Source: an uncultured delta proteobacterium
GTDB lineage: Bacteria > Desulfobacterota > Desulfobacteria > Desulfobacterales > Desulfatirhabdiaceae
DNA: 64,000 bases
Direction of reading: 5' to 3'
Assembly: GCA_963845015.1 (NCBI GenBank)
Contig: CAWJRD010000008.1
Coordinates: 3,993 to 67,992, forward strand
Shown here: piece by piece, positions 35,501-46,628 of the stretch
Numbering within the stretch: the first letter of the stretch is position 1
Layout: each line of letters starts with the position of its first letter
Notes under the pieces: model-generated
Databases searched by the model: none
Told to the model about the DNA's origin: nothing
The model's input: only the letters and a program-made list of their open reading frames with translations
Translations under genes and position numbers: made by a program

Positions 35501-35971
35501 ATGCCCAGACGAAGAGAAATCGCTGAAAGAGTCATCATCGCGGATGCAAAATACGACAGCAAGCTGGTGGCCAAATTTATCAAATCAATCATGCGGGATG
35601 GGAAGAAGAGTATCGCAGAATCAATTCTCTACAATGCTTTCGGTATCATCGAAAAAAAGACGAGCGAAGCACCGCTGAAAACATTCGAACAGGCAGTTGA
35701 TAATGTCAGGCCCATCATTGAGGTAAAGTCCAGGCGCGTGGGCGGGTCAACTTATCAGGTGCCCACGGAGATCCGGCAGTCACGGCGGACAGCCTTGGGA
35801 ATTCGATGGCTCATCGGCTTTGCAAGGAAACGATCCGAGAAAAGCATGGCGGAAAAACTGGCAGCGGAAATAATGGATGCCGCCAACAACAGAGGATCTT
35901 CCGCAAAGAAAAAAGAAGATACCCATAAAATGGCTGAAGCCAATAAAGCCTTTGCGCATTACCGGTGGTAG
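35501..35971 (+). CDS. rpsG: 30S ribosomal protein S7.
   Basis: [40 protein letters not shown]...AHYRW. Confidence 0.98.
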   Translation: MPRRREIAERVIIADAKYDSKLVAKFIKSIMRDGKKSIAESILYNAFGIIEKKTSEAPLKTFEQAVDNVRPIIEVKSRRVGGSTYQVPTEIRQSRRTALGIRWLIGFARKRSEKSMAEKLAAEIMDAANNRGSSAKKKEDTHKMAEANKAFAHYRW

Positions 35972-36151
35972 TTTCATGGCTGAGGGCAGCCGCCTTCGCG
36001 AGCATGAATCGTACCGAAGTCAGTGCGCTATGAATCATAAGAGATAAGTCGAACTTCGCAGGGATAGGACACGTATTGGAACCGCCCTGCTTCAAAACGA
36101 TTATAAAGTGTACGCTGGCAGCTTGAAAGAAACGGATTGACCGTAATAAAA

Positions 36152-37358
36152 GGAGGACAGTGAAATGGCGAAGGAAAAGTTTGATCGGTCGAAACCGCAT
36201 GTGAATGTGGGAACGATAGGACATATTGATCACGGGAAGACGACGCTGACAGCGGCGATAACCAAGCATAACGGTTTGAAGGGGATGGCCAAATATGTTC
36301 CGTTTGACCAGATTGACAAGGCGCCCGAGGAAAAAGAGCGCGGGATCACGATAGCGACCGCGCACGTGGAGTACGAGACCAAGAATCGCCATTATGCGCA
36401 TGTAGACTGTCCCGGCCATGCGGACTATATCAAGAACATGATTACGGGCGCGGCCCAGATGGACGGCGCGATACTGGTGGTGGCCGCGGACGACGGTCCC
36501 ATGCCGCAGACCCGGGAGCACATTTTGCTGGCCCGTCAGGTCGGGGTGCCGACCATGGTGGTTTTTTTAAACAAATGCGACATGGTGGATGATCCGGAAC
36601 TGATCGAGCTGGTGGAGCTGGAGCTTCGCGAGCTTTTGAGCAAGTATGATTTTCCGGGCGATGATACGCCGATCATTCGGGGCAGTGCATTAAAGGCGCT
36701 TGAGAGCGATGATCCGGACAGCGAAGAGGCCAAGTGCATATTTGAATTGATGGCGGCGATCGATTCCTATATTCCGGAGCCCAAGCGGGACATCGACAAG
36801 CCGTTTTTGATGCCGGTGGAGGATGTATTCAGCATATCGGGTCGCGGGACCGTGGTTACGGGTCGCGTGGACCGCGGGATCGTGAAGGTTGGGGAGGCAG
36901 TGGAGATCGTGGGGATTCGGCCGACGCAAAAGACGGTGTGTACGGGTGTTGAGATGTTCAGAAAGCTTCTGGACGAGGGCCGGGCAGGAGACAACATCGG
37001 GGTTCTGCTGCGGGGCACCAAGCGTGAGGAAGTGGAGCGGGGACAGGTTGTGGCGCATCCGGGAACGATAACGCCGCACACCAAGTTCAAGGCGGAGGTG
37101 TATATTCTGAGCAAGGAAGAAGGCGGCAGGCACACGCCGTTTTTCAATGGGTACCGGCCGCAGTTTTATTTTCGAACAACGGATGTGACAGGGATACTGT
37201 CGCTGCCGGAGGGTATCGAGATGGTGATGCCCGGAGACAATGTGGCGATAACGGCAGAGCTGATCACACCGATTGCCATGGAAAAAGAGCTTCGGTTTGC
37301 GATTCGTGAAGGCGGCCGGACCGTGGGCGCAGGCGTCGTCAGCGAAATTCTGGAATAA
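36152..37358 (+). repeat. Direct repeat unit 2 (RBS plus whole tuf ORF).
   Basis: See 21236..22443. Confidence 0.9.
36165..37358 (+). CDS. tuf: Elongation factor Tu, copy 2 (intact, 397 aa).
   Basis: Full-length ORF with G1-G4 motifs [13 protein letters not shown] and NKCD. It lies directly after rpsG with no fusA between them. Confidence 0.98.
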   Translation: MAKEKFDRSKPHVNVGTIGHIDHGKTTLTAAITKHNGLKGMAKYVPFDQIDKAPEEKERGITIATAHVEYETKNRHYAHVDCPGHADYIKNMITGAAQMDGAILVVAADDGPMPQTREHILLARQVGVPTMVVFLNKCDMVDDPELIELVELELRELLSKYDFPGDDTPIIRGSALKALESDDPDSEEAKCIFELMAAIDSYIPEPKRDIDKPFLMPVEDVFSISGRGTVVTGRVDRGIVKVGEAVEIVGIRPTQKTVCTGVEMFRKLLDEGRAGDNIGVLLRGTKREEVERGQVVAHPGTITPHTKFKAEVYILSKEEGGRHTPFFNGYRPQFYFRTTDVTGILSLPEGIEMVMPGDNVAITAELITPIAMEKELRFAIREGGRTVGAGVVSEILE

Positions 37359-37375
37359 GAAGAGAGACGAATACC

Positions 37376-37687
37376 ATGATTATGAACAGTAAAATCCGAA
37401 TCAGACTTAAGGCGTACGACCATAAACTGCTGGATCAATCGGCATCGGATATTGTGGATACCGCCAACAAAACCGGGGCAAAAGTCATTGGTCCGATTCC
37501 GCTGCCGACCACGATCAATAAAATATGTGTACTGCGCTCTCCGCACGTTGACAAAAAGTCCCGTGAACAATTTGAAATGCGGACGCATAAACGACTGGTT
37601 GATATTCTGGAGCCAACGCAACAGACGGTTGATGCGCTAATGAAGCTGGATCTTTCTCCAGGCGTCGATGTTGAAATTAAACTGTAG
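37376..37687 (+). CDS. rpsJ: 30S ribosomal protein S10.
   Basis: [40 protein letters not shown]. Confidence 0.97.
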   Translation: MIMNSKIRIRLKAYDHKLLDQSASDIVDTANKTGAKVIGPIPLPTTINKICVLRSPHVDKKSREQFEMRTHKRLVDILEPTQQTVDALMKLDLSPGVDVEIKL

Positions 37688-37702
37688 GGGAACAAAAACG
37701 CG

Positions 37703-38347
37703 ATGTGCAAAGGAATGATAGGAAAAAAACTGGGGATGACAGGCGTTTTCTCTCCAGAAGGACGACATATACCGGTAACGGTTCTTCAAGTGGGGCCTTG
37801 CGTTGTAACACAGATTAAAACTGTGGCGACCGATGGATACAATTCATTGCAACTGGCTTTCGGCTCCAAAAAGAAAACGCATGTAAACAAGCCGATGCCG
37901 GGCCATTTTGGCAAATCCGGCAGCGAAGTCTATGCGCATGTCATGGAGTTTCCCGTGGACAATCCCGCTGAATATACTCTGGGCCAGATGATTCCGCTGG
38001 ATATGTTCGCCATCGGGGATCTGGTCGATGTTTCAGGAATCAGCATCGGAAGGGGCTTTTCCGGTGTGATTCGACGTCACGGGTTCAGCGGCGGCAGAAA
38101 TACGCATGGCAGCCATTGCAAAAGAATTCCCGGCTCCATTGGATGCAGTGCCTGGCCTTCACGTGTTGTCAAAGGAAAGAAACTGCCCGGCCAGTATGGA
38201 AATGTCCATAAAACCGTAAAAAACCTGATGATTGTGGATATACGGCCGGAAGAGCAGGTTATTCTGTTAAAAGGAGCAGTTCCGGGAGCTGAATCCGGAA
38301 TTGTCACCATTAAAAAAACGAAAACCATCAAGAAGGCCAGTGCATAA
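37703..38347 (+). CDS. rplC: 50S ribosomal protein L3.
   Basis: [32 protein letters not shown]...[14 protein letters not shown]. Confidence 0.96.
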   Translation: MCKGMIGKKLGMTGVFSPEGRHIPVTVLQVGPCVVTQIKTVATDGYNSLQLAFGSKKKTHVNKPMPGHFGKSGSEVYAHVMEFPVDNPAEYTLGQMIPLDMFAIGDLVDVSGISIGRGFSGVIRRHGFSGGRNTHGSHCKRIPGSIGCSAWPSRVVKGKKLPGQYGNVHKTVKNLMIVDIRPEEQVILLKGAVPGAESGIVTIKKTKTIKKASA

Positions 38348-38407
38348 AAGAAGCATTGATGATTCGATGGTGAAGGGTATACAGGGCCAACGAATGCGAG
38401 GGGATAT

Positions 38408-39032
38408 ATGGCTGTTGTAGATGTATTCAATTGTAAAGCAGAAAAGGTTTCACAGGTGGAACTGGTGGAGGACATTTATAATGTCGAGGTGAAGTCCTGT
38501 GTTCTGCACGAAGTCGTAACCATGCAGTTAGCCAATCGGCGTGCCGGCACATCATCTGTAAAAACCCGATCAGATGTACAGGGCAGCACCAGAAAACTTA
38601 TTTAAACAAAAAGGGACCGGACGCGCCCGAAGAGGGGATATCAAAAGCCCGCTTCTGCGTGGAGGCGGCTCAGTTTTCGGGCCGCATCCCAGATCTTATG
38701 CTTATAAAGTTCCCAAGAAAGTCAGGCGGCTTGCCTTGAAAATGGCTTTAAGCGACAAGGCACAAAGTCAATTTCTTCTGGTACTGGACAAGTTTGATCT
38801 GGAGCAAATCAAAACCCAGCAGGTTGTCCAGATTCTGAATGCCCTGAAAGTTGAAAAGGCGCTGATCATTGCCGACACGGGAGATGAATTTCTGAGGTTG
38901 TCCTGCAGAAACCTTCCGCATGTCAAGGTACTGAAACCTGAAGGTCTCAATGTTTACGATATTATGAAATATAAACACCTGCTGCTGGTTGAGCCCTCAA
39001 TAAAAGCCATTGAAGGGAGACTGCTGAAATGA
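38408..39032 (+). CDS. rplD: 50S ribosomal protein L4, with a +1 junction near 38595.
   Basis: ORF 38408..38605 ([19 protein letters not shown]...) continues in ORF 38574..39032 ([32 protein letters not shown]). Confidence 0.95.
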
Positions 39033-39316
39033 ATTACCATGCCATCATCAAACGACCGGTAGTCAGCGAAAAATCAACCATGCAAAAAGAAGTTTCCAAT
39101 CAGCTTTCTTTTGAGGTGGATCGAAAAGCCAACCGGATCGAGATTAAAAAGGCCATACAAAGCCTGTTCAGTGTTCAGGTGGACGCTGTCCGGACACTGC
39201 AAATCAAAGGCAAATACAAACAACGCGGCCGAATTATCGGAAAACGTAGAGACTGGAAAAAAGCAATCGTCACGCTGAAACCAGGTGAACGCATCGAATT
39301 CTTTGAAGGGATATAA
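39029..39316 (+). CDS. rplW: 50S ribosomal protein L23.
   Basis: ATGA overlap with the upstream gene. [21 protein letters not shown]...[15 protein letters not shown]. Confidence 0.96.
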   Translation: MNYHAIIKRPVVSEKSTMQKEVSNQLSFEVDRKANRIEIKKAIQSLFSVQVDAVRTLQIKGKYKQRGRIIGKRRDWKKAIVTLKPGERIEFFEGI

Positions 39317-39331
39317 ACCGGGGAAATAATC

Positions 39332-40158
39332 ATGGCTGTTAAGAAGGTAAAACCAACATCACCAGGACGCAGATTTCAAGTGTATTCCACATTTGAAGAA
39401 ATCACGCGATCAACGCCCGAAAAAAGCCTCGTTGAAAGGGTTTCAAAAAATACAGGAGGGCGAAATTCCAATGGCCGAATCACCAGCCGGCATATCGGCG
39501 GGGGACATAAGCAGCATTACCGGATTATTGATTTCAAGCGGGATAAAACCGGCGTGCCGGCCAAGGTCGCCAGCATCGAATATGATCCGAATCGTTCATC
39601 GAGAATCGCGCTGCTGCACTATGCCGATGGTGAAAAACGATATATTCTGGCGCCCGTGAATCTCTCCGTCGGCGATACGGTCATGTCCGGCCCGACAGCG
39701 GATATCAAACCCGGCAACAATCTGCCGCTGGGGAATATTCCGCTGGGAACCCAGATCCACAATATCGAACTCAAAAAAGGAAAAGGCGGGCAGATCGTCC
39801 GAAGTGCCGGTACATTTGCACAGCTGATGGCCAAAGAGGATCGCTACGCGCTCCTGAAACTGCCGTCCGGCGAAGTTCGCATGGTGCTTCTGACCTGTCA
39901 GGCAACGATCGGCCAGGTCGGTAATGTCATTCATGAAAAATTGTCTTTGGGAAAAGCCGGGCGGAAACGCTGGCTGGGAAAACGCCCAAGGTCAGAGGCG
40001 TTGCGATGAACCCCGTTGACCACCCGATGGGCGGCGGTGAAGGCAGGTCTTCCGGCGGAAGGCATCCTTGCTCTCCGTGGGGCACTCCGTCAAAGGGGTA
40101 CAAGACCCGGAAAAACAAACAGACGACGAAGTTCATTGTTAAAAAACGGGTGAAATAA
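39332..40158 (+). CDS. rplB: 50S ribosomal protein L2, with a -1 junction near 39985.
   Basis: [17 protein letters not shown]...GGGHKQHYR. The corrected tail is [44 protein letters not shown]. Confidence 0.96.
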
Positions 40159-40218
40159 ATTTGCAGCAATTTGTTGGTTGACGGATACGATCCGAACTGA
40201 CAAAACTCAGGAGAAGTT

Positions 40219-40500
40219 ATGCCACGGTCGCTAAAAAAAGGTCCATACATCGATTCATATTTGTTGAAAAAAGTTGTGATTGCCCAGGAAACTCGAAGCA
40301 ATCGTGTGGTGAAAACCTGGTCACGTCGTTCTACTATTGTACCTGAAATGGTGGGCATTACGATGGCCGTTCACAATGGCAAAAAATTTGTGCCCGTATT
40401 TGTTTCAGAAGATATGGTAGGCCACAAGCTTGGAGAATTTTCGCCGACAAGGACATTTTACGGCCATACCGGAGATAAAAAAACCAAAGTCAAGAAGTAA
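40219..40500 (+). CDS. rpsS: 30S ribosomal protein S19.
   Basis: [19 protein letters not shown]...[16 protein letters not shown]. Confidence 0.97.
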   Translation: MPRSLKKGPYIDSYLLKKVVIAQETRSNRVVKTWSRRSTIVPEMVGITMAVHNGKKFVPVFVSEDMVGHKLGEFSPTRTFYGHTGDKKTKVKK

Positions 40501-40515
40501 TATTGGAGCAAAAAA

Positions 40516-40863
40516 ATGGCTGAGTTAGATGTGAAAGCTGTGTCAAGATTTGTGCGAATTTCTCCTCGGAAAGTTCAAATACTTGTCGACACCGTAAAAG
40601 GGAAGCCGGTCGAAAAGGGTCTGTATATTCTGAAATTCATGCCGCAGAAAGCAGCCGCGATCGTGGAGAAAATCGTCCGCTCCGCTGTTGCCAATGCCGA
40701 GCAGCGCGCAGGCGTTGATGTGGACGCGCTGATTATCAAGAATATCACCGCTGATCAGGGGCCATCTCTGAAACGCTTCAGCGCCAGAGCCAGAGGCCGT
40801 GGAACTCAAATCATCAAAAGAACCTCACATATCACGGTAACGTTAGCAGAAAAATCGTTCTAA
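40516..40863 (+). CDS. rplV: 50S ribosomal protein L22.
   Basis: VRISPRKVQILVDTVKGKPVEKGLYILKF...RARGRGTQIIKRTSHITV. Confidence 0.96.
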   Translation: MAELDVKAVSRFVRISPRKVQILVDTVKGKPVEKGLYILKFMPQKAAAIVEKIVRSAVANAEQRAGVDVDALIIKNITADQGPSLKRFSARARGRGTQIIKRTSHITVTLAEKSF

Positions 40864-40878
40864 AAAGGAGGATATCGC

Positions 40879-41526
40879 TTGGGCCAGAAAGTAAATCCAA
40901 TTGGGTTGAGATTGGGAATTGTCAAAACGTGGGAGTCACGTTGGTTTGCCAGTAAAAAATATTCGGATTACATTCTTGAGGATTTTAATATCCGAAAATA
41001 CCTGAAAAAAAAGCTAGGTCACGCCGGTGTTTCCAAGATTGAAGTCGAAAGATCTTCCAAACGCGTGAGACTACGCATATTCACATCCCGACCCGGAATC
41101 ATTATTGGAAAAAAAGGCGCAGAGATCGTTCAGCTCAAGCAGGATGTCGAAAAAATGATTTCCCAGGATGTGATTATTGATATTCAGGAAATCAGAAAAC
41201 CGGAATTGGATGCCCAGCTGGTGGCGGAAAATATTGCCCTTCAAATCGTACGGAGAGTGGCTTTCAGGCGTGCGATGAAAAGAGGGATTCAGTCGGCGAT
41301 GCGATTCGGTGCCCAAGGCGTTAAAGTGATCTGCTCCGGCAGACTTGGCGGCGCTGAAATGGCCAGAACCGAACTGTACCGTGAAGGAAGGGTTCCGCTG
41401 CATACCCTTAGAGCCGATATTGATTATGGATTTTCAGAAGCCAATACGACCTACGGGATTGTCGGAATCAAGGTTTTCATATTTAAGGGCGAAATTCTGA
41501 AAAAAGATGCGGTTGAAGTCAGCTAG
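40879..41526 (+). CDS. rpsC: 30S ribosomal protein S3 (TTG start).
   Basis: [23 protein letters not shown]...[16 protein letters not shown]. Confidence 0.97.
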   Translation: MGQKVNPIGLRLGIVKTWESRWFASKKYSDYILEDFNIRKYLKKKLGHAGVSKIEVERSSKRVRLRIFTSRPGIIIGKKGAEIVQLKQDVEKMISQDVIIDIQEIRKPELDAQLVAENIALQIVRRVAFRRAMKRGIQSAMRFGAQGVKVICSGRLGGAEMARTELYREGRVPLHTLRADIDYGFSEANTTYGIVGIKVFIFKGEILKKDAVEVS

Positions 41527-41548
41527 TAACGGATAGGAGATACAGGGC

Positions 41549-41965
41549 ATGCTGAGTCCCAAAAAGGTAAAATTTCGAAAACAGCAACGTGGGCGCATGA
41601 GAGGGTTATCCAAGCGCGGGGCCACGTTAAATTACGGAGATTTTGGATTGCAGGCGGTTGAATGCGGCGCAATCAGCTCAAAACAGATTGAGGCCGCCCG
41701 AATTGCCATGACCCGGCACGTAAAACGCGGCGGGAAGTTATGGATCCGGATTTTCCCGGATAAGCCTTTTACGAAAAAACCCGCTGAAGTCCGGATGGGT
41801 AAAGGTAAAGGTGCGCCGGAAGGTTGGGTTGCCGTGATTCGCCCTGGCAGAATCCTCTATGAAATGGAAGGCATTTCCAAAGAGCTTGCTGTGGAAGCGT
41901 TAAGACTTGCATCCCACAAGCTTCCCATAAAAACGCGATTTATCGAGAGGAGCGAGGTGCAATGA
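41549..41965 (+). CDS. rplP: 50S ribosomal protein L16.
   Basis: [24 protein letters not shown]...[16 protein letters not shown]. Confidence 0.97.
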   Translation: MLSPKKVKFRKQQRGRMRGLSKRGATLNYGDFGLQAVECGAISSKQIEAARIAMTRHVKRGGKLWIRIFPDKPFTKKPAEVRMGKGKGAPEGWVAVIRPGRILYEMEGISKELAVEALRLASHKLPIKTRFIERSEVQ

Positions 41966-42153
41966 AGGCCGGTGAAATCAGAAAGTTGACTCCTGAAGAA
42001 ATGGAACTGAAAGTCGCCAGTATGCAGCAGGAATTGTTCAATCTGCGATTCCAGCACAAAATTGGCCAGCTTGAAAATCCCAAGAAACTCATGTTTCTCA
42101 AACGGGATATCGCAAGATTAATGACCATAAAGAACGAATCCAGGATGTCATAA
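41962..42153 (+). CDS. rpmC: 50S ribosomal protein L29.
   Basis: ATGA overlap with the upstream gene. [40 protein letters not shown]. Confidence 0.95.
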   Translation: MKAGEIRKLTPEEMELKVASMQQELFNLRFQHKIGQLENPKKLMFLKRDIARLMTIKNESRMS

Positions 42154-42190
42154 GACAGCTAACCCAGGAACTCAAAAGAGAACAGCAGAT

Positions 42191-42448
42191 ATGAAAACTC
42201 GAGGAATGAGAAGGCAGATGGTTGGAAAAGTCATCAGCAACAAAATGGACAAATCCATTGTTGTTCAGGTTGAAAGGCTTGTAAAGCACAAGGTGTATCA
42301 TAAATTTGTAAAGCGCCGTGCGAAATTTGCCGCCCATGACGAAACCAATGCCTGCAGTATTGGCGATAAGGTATTGATTACTGAGTCCAGACCCATCAGT
42401 AAAACCAAAAGATGGCGCGTCAGTGAAATCGTCGAAAAAGCCATTTGA
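42191..42448 (+). CDS. rpsQ: 30S ribosomal protein S17.
   Basis: RRQMVGKVISNKMDKSIVVQVERLVKHKVYHKFVKRRAKFAAHDE. Confidence 0.96.
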   Translation: MKTRGMRRQMVGKVISNKMDKSIVVQVERLVKHKVYHKFVKRRAKFAAHDETNACSIGDKVLITESRPISKTKRWRVSEIVEKAI

Positions 42449-42469
42449 TGATAAAGGAAGGCAAAGAAG

Positions 42470-42838
42470 ATGATTCAGACAGAGACCCAATTAACAGTGG
42501 CAGATAATTCCGGAGCCAAGACTGTTTACTGTTTAAAAGTATTAGGCGGCTCCAGAAGACGGTATGCAAGTGTCGGCGATATTATCGTCGTATCTGTTAA
42601 GGAAGCCATCCCCAATGCCAAGGTAAAAAAAGGGGAAGTATTAAAGGCAGTTGTGGTTCGTACCAAAAAAGAAATCAGAAGACCGGATGGCTCGTTTATC
42701 AGATTCGATGATAATTCCGCCGTACTGATCAATGCCAACCAGGAACCGATCGGAACACGCATTTTTGGCCCGGTGGCCAGAGAGCTTCGATTAAAACGGT
42801 TTATGAAAATCATTTCACTGGCGCCAGAAGTCCTTTAG
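42470..42838 (+). CDS. rplN: 50S ribosomal protein L14.
   Basis: [33 protein letters not shown]. Confidence 0.98.
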   Translation: MIQTETQLTVADNSGAKTVYCLKVLGGSRRRYASVGDIIVVSVKEAIPNAKVKKGEVLKAVVVRTKKEIRRPDGSFIRFDDNSAVLINANQEPIGTRIFGPVARELRLKRFMKIISLAPEVL

Positions 42839-42887
42839 AAACATAGGATCCTATCGAATCCTGTACTGCCTGTCGGAGAAGCGGCTC

Positions 42888-43217
42888 ATGATAAAAAATA
42901 TATGTCATTTGAAAAAAGATGATAAAGTAAAAGTAATTACCGGCAAAGATTCTGGTAAGGTCAGTAAGGTATTGAAAGTAAATCGAAAAAAATGTCGCGT
43001 TTTGATCGAAAGCGTTAATGTCGTGAAACGGCATACCAAACAGAGCGCAAAAAACAGACAGGGCGGCATCGTGGAGAGTGAAGCGCCGATCCATTGGTCA
43101 AATGTTCTGTTGATGTGCAATAAGTGTATGGCACCGGTTCGGCTGAAAATCAAAAGCCTTGATGATGGCAAAAAAATTCGGGTGTGCCGAAAGTGCAACG
43201 AATTCATAGATAAATAG
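42888..43217 (+). CDS. rplX: 50S ribosomal protein L24, with a C-terminal CxxC...CxxC.
   Basis: The KOW region is [24 protein letters not shown]. The C-terminal part is [49 protein letters not shown]. Confidence 0.95.
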   Translation: MIKNICHLKKDDKVKVITGKDSGKVSKVLKVNRKKCRVLIESVNVVKRHTKQSAKNRQGGIVESEAPIHWSNVLLMCNKCMAPVRLKIKSLDDGKKIRVCRKCNEFIDK

Positions 43218-43239
43218 GATCGTTTGCCGGAGGAATATC

Positions 43240-43779
43240 ATGTCTCAATTGAAAGAATATTACGGAACGGAAGTTGTCCCCAAGCTGGTTGACGCCTTCC
43301 AGTATAGAAACAGGATGGAAATTCCAAAACTGGATAAAATCGTCCTGAATATGGGGCTGGGTGAAGCCATTCACAATATCAAGATCATGGATGCGGCTGT
43401 TGAGGAATTGAAAGCGATTTCCGGTCAGAAGCCGGTCATTACCCGATCCAAAAAATCCATTGCCGCTTTTAAGCTCAGAGAAGGAATGCCCATCGGATGC
43501 ATGGTCACATTGCGTCACGAGCGAATGTATGATTTCTTTTATAAACTGGTGAATGTGGCGCTTGCGCGGGTTCGTGATTTTAAGGGCATTTCCGGAAAAG
43601 CCTTTGACGGAAGGGGCAATTATACCCTCGGCATTAAAGAGAACACCATTTTCCCTGAATTGAGTTATGACACGATTGACGTGATCAAGGGGCTGAATGT
43701 TACGGTTGTCACCACGGCGAAAACCGATAAAGAGGGCAAAGAGCTTCTTAAACTTTTAGGCATGCCGTTTCGGAATTGA
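43240..43779 (+). CDS. rplE: 50S ribosomal protein L5.
   Basis: [43 protein letters not shown]. Confidence 0.97.
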   Translation: MSQLKEYYGTEVVPKLVDAFQYRNRMEIPKLDKIVLNMGLGEAIHNIKIMDAAVEELKAISGQKPVITRSKKSIAAFKLREGMPIGCMVTLRHERMYDFFYKLVNVALARVRDFKGISGKAFDGRGNYTLGIKENTIFPELSYDTIDVIKGLNVTVVTTAKTDKEGKELLKLLGMPFRN

Positions 43780-43836
43780 AAATGATGGATGCTGAAAATG
43801 GGCTTACTGATAAGTAGTTTATAAGGGGAGGATGAA

Positions 43837-44022
43837 TTGGCAAAAAAATCGCTGATGAACAAGGCATTGAGAGCCCCAAAGTTCGGGGTCAGAGCGTATA
43901 ACCGGTGTCCAATGTGTGGAAGGCCCAGAGGGTTTATTCGAAAGGTCGGAATCTGCCGGATTTGTTTTCGGAATTTGGCCTCTCAAGGCTCTCTTCCCGG
44001 CATAACCAAATCGAGCTGGTAA
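43837..44022 (+). CDS. rpsN: 30S ribosomal protein S14, type Z (61 aa, Zn-ribbon form, TTG start).
   Basis: [60 protein letters not shown]. Confidence 0.95.
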   Translation: MAKKSLMNKALRAPKFGVRAYNRCPMCGRPRGFIRKVGICRICFRNLASQGSLPGITKSSW

Positions 44023-44076
44023 CAGTTCAGGGTTTATGAAAAATTCAAATATTGAAATACGGTATGGGAGAAAGCA

Positions 44077-44476
44077 ATGGCGATTACTGACCCAATTGCA
44101 GATATGATGACACAGGATTCGAAACGCGGGAAAAGCAAAATTCACCAGTGTGGATATTCCGGGTTCGAAGCTGAAAATCGAACTGGCCAAGGTTTTGAAA
44201 AACGAGGGCTACATTCGAAACTATAAATTCGTCAAAGATGAAAAACAGGGGATATTGCGGGTTTACCTGAAATATGCCCAGGGAAACACCAATGCGATCT
44301 ATGGTCTGGAGCGCGTGAGCAAGCCCAGCAGACGAATCTATACAAAAGGCAAGGATATCAAGCCTGTTCTGAATGGACTGGGCATTTCCATTCTTTCGAC
44401 TTCAAAGGGAATATTAACCGACCGGCAAGCCAGAAGCGAAAATGTCGGTGGGGAAATTCTCTGCAAAATATGGTAG
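44077..44476 (+). CDS. rpsH: 30S ribosomal protein S8, with an extra base near 44113.
   Basis: ATG 44077 gives MAITDPIADMMT. The corrected continuation is RIRNAGKAKFTSVDIPGSKLKIELAKVLKNEGYIRNY (ORF 44150..44476). Confidence 0.95.
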
Positions 44477-44491
44477 GATGAGGAGTGAAAC

Positions 44492-45033
44492 ATGTCCAGA
44501 ATAGGTAAAAAACCAATCCCGATTCCCGATAAAGTCAAACTTTCCCTTGTCGGACAATCAGATAACGGTCCAGGGTGAGAAGGGGAAATTGACCCATTGC
44601 CTTCATCCATCTGTTGAAGTTGCGGATAGAGGGTGGCGTCGTTACGGTCAATAAAAAAGCGGAAGATAAAAAAACGGATGCGTTCCAGGGTTTGACGCGT
44701 AGCCTGATCGCCAATATGGTCATCGGCGTCCATACCGGTTTTCAGCGGAATCTGGAAGTAAACGGAATTGGATACCGCGCGTCGGTGAGTGGCAGTGTGC
44801 TGGCCTTGAGTCTTGGATATTCCCATCCGATCAATTTTGATCTGCCTGACGGTATCAGTGCGACGGTCGATAAGACCAATGCGATCACGCTTTCCGGTAT
44901 CGACAAGGAACTTCTTGGCCTAACCGCCGCAAGGATCAGGCAACTCAGAGCTCCGGAGCCGTATAAGGGCAAGGGAATTAAATACGCGGAAGAGCATATT
45001 CAACGAAAAGCTGGAAAGACAGGGACTAAATAG
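44492..45033 (+). CDS. rplF: 50S ribosomal protein L6, with two +1 junctions between 44545 and 44615.
   Basis: MSRIGKKPIPIPDKVKLSL, then QITVQGEKGKLTHCLHPSVEV, then KLRIEGGVVTVNKK...GIGYRASV...PEPYKGKGIKY. Confidence 0.95.
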
Positions 45034-45102
45034 CAAGTGATTGAGAGTGCAGTTTCTTGAACGACCTGCTGAACAATGTAATCTGATAAAGGAATAAACA
45101 GG

Positions 45103-45472
45103 ATGAGTTCAGTTGATGAAAAAAAACAAGCGCGCTTGAAACGAAAGCTGCGGATTCGAAAAAAACTTTCCGGCACCCCCGAGCGCCCGAGGCTCTGCGT
45201 TTTTCGCAGCGCAAAACATATCTACGCCCAAATCATAGATGATTCGAGAGGCCAAACGATGGTGGCCATCTCCACCCTTGATCCGGCGGTCAAAGGCCAG
45301 GGCAAGTTTGACAATAAAGTCGCAAAAGCGGTCTTTATCGGAAAACTTCTCGGTGAAAAAGCCGTCAATATCGGGAATTAAAAAAGTCGTTTTTGATCGC
45401 AACGGGTTTATGTATCATGGCCGGGTAAAGGCTGTCAGTGATGGCGCCCGCGAGGCCGGTCTGGATTTCTGA
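45103..45472 (+). CDS. rplR: 50S ribosomal protein L18, with a +1 junction near 45375.
   Basis: [41 protein letters not shown], then [31 protein letters not shown]. Confidence 0.95.
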
Positions 45473-45489
45473 TTGAAGGAGGAATACAC

Positions 45490-45987
45490 TTGTTCAAACA
45501 AGATAATGTCGATAATCAACTGATTGACAAGGTCGTTCACATCAACCGGGTTGCAAAAGTTGTGAAAGGCGGGCGCAGGTTCAGCTTCAGCGCGATTGTT
45601 GTCGTGGGTGACGGAAATGGCAGCGTCGGATACGGCCTGGGAAAAGCGGGCGAAGTCCCGGAGGCGATTCGAAAGGGCGTCGAACAGGCCAAGAAGAACA
45701 TGTGCAGTGTTCCTTTGATCGAAGGCACCATCCCCTATGAAATTCTGGGGAAATTCGGTGCGGGCAAGGTATTTTTGAAACCCGCATCCGACGGGACCGG
45801 CTTGATTGCCGGCGGGGCGGTTCGGGCGGTACTGGAAGCTGTCGGGGTTCAGAATATCCTGACCAAGTGCATGGGATCCAATAACCCGCACAATGTGGTC
45901 AAGGCGACGATCGACGGCCTCAGAAAACTCCAGAGCCGAGAGCAGGTGGCTGCAAGACGGGGTAAACGGGTAGAAGAACTCTATTGA
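45490..45987 (+). CDS. rpsE: 30S ribosomal protein S5 (TTG start).
   Basis: [53 protein letters not shown]. Confidence 0.97.
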   Translation: MFKQDNVDNQLIDKVVHINRVAKVVKGGRRFSFSAIVVVGDGNGSVGYGLGKAGEVPEAIRKGVEQAKKNMCSVPLIEGTIPYEILGKFGAGKVFLKPASDGTGLIAGGAVRAVLEAVGVQNILTKCMGSNNPHNVVKATIDGLRKLQSREQVAARRGKRVEELY

Positions 45988-46001
45988 AGGGGAAATGCGA
46001 G

Positions 46002-46184
46002 ATGTCCGGTATCCTTACGGTTACAATGATTAAAAGTATGATTGGCAGGCCAGAAAAACACAGAAAAGTGCTTAGAAGCCTGGGACTGACGAAAATGAAC
46101 CAGGCAAAAGAACATGCGGATACGCCTTCAATCCGGGGGATGATCAATACCGTGTCTCACCTGGTAAAAGCCGAGGAGAAGTAG
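46002..46184 (+). CDS. rpmD: 50S ribosomal protein L30.
   Basis: RBS gaagggga, then ATG 46002. MSGILTVTMIKSMIGRPEKHRKVLRSLGLTKMNQAKEHADTPSIRGMINTVSHLV. Confidence 0.93.
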   Translation: MSGILTVTMIKSMIGRPEKHRKVLRSLGLTKMNQAKEHADTPSIRGMINTVSHLVKAEEK

Positions 46185-46628
46185 ATGAGCTTAAATGAAT
46201 TGTCGCCAGCGATTGGAGCCAGAAAAAATCGTAAAAGACTGGGAAGAGGCATGGCCTCCGGCACGGGTAAAACCTCCGGAAAAGGGGCCAAGGGACAGAA
46301 AGCCCGCTCCGGCGGCGGTGTGCGGCCCGGATTTGAAGGCGGCCAGATGCCGATCCATCGCAGACTGCCGAAACGCGGATTTACCAATATCTTTAAAAAA
46401 GTCTATGCCATTGTCAATCTGCGTGAACTTGCCGGGTTTGAGGCCGGTGCGGTCGTGGACGAAGCCAGTTTGATTCAGCGCGGCATCGTCAAGGGAAAAT
46501 TCGATGCCATCAAGGTTTTGGCAAACGGAGAAATTACCGCCGCGATCACGCTCAGGATCGGGCATATCAGTACGGGTGCGAAGGCAAAAATTGAAGCTGC
46601 CGGCGGATCCGTTGAGGTAATCGCATGA
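46185..46628 (+). CDS. rplO: 50S ribosomal protein L15.
   Basis: [56 protein letters not shown]. Confidence 0.97.
   Translation: MSLNELSPAIGARKNRKRLGRGMASGTGKTSGKGAKGQKARSGGGVRPGFEGGQMPIHRRLPKRGFTNIFKKVYAIVNLRELAGFEAGAVVDEASLIQRGIVKGKFDAIKVLANGEITAAITLRIGHISTGAKAKIEAAGGSVEVIA

Noticed and set aside
35972-36164. A possible degraded fusA remnant between rpsG and tuf.
   Set aside because: All three forward frames hit stops within 25 codons or fewer, and nothing resembles the EF-G G-domain. The spacer is too short (193 nt) to hold a meaningful remnant.
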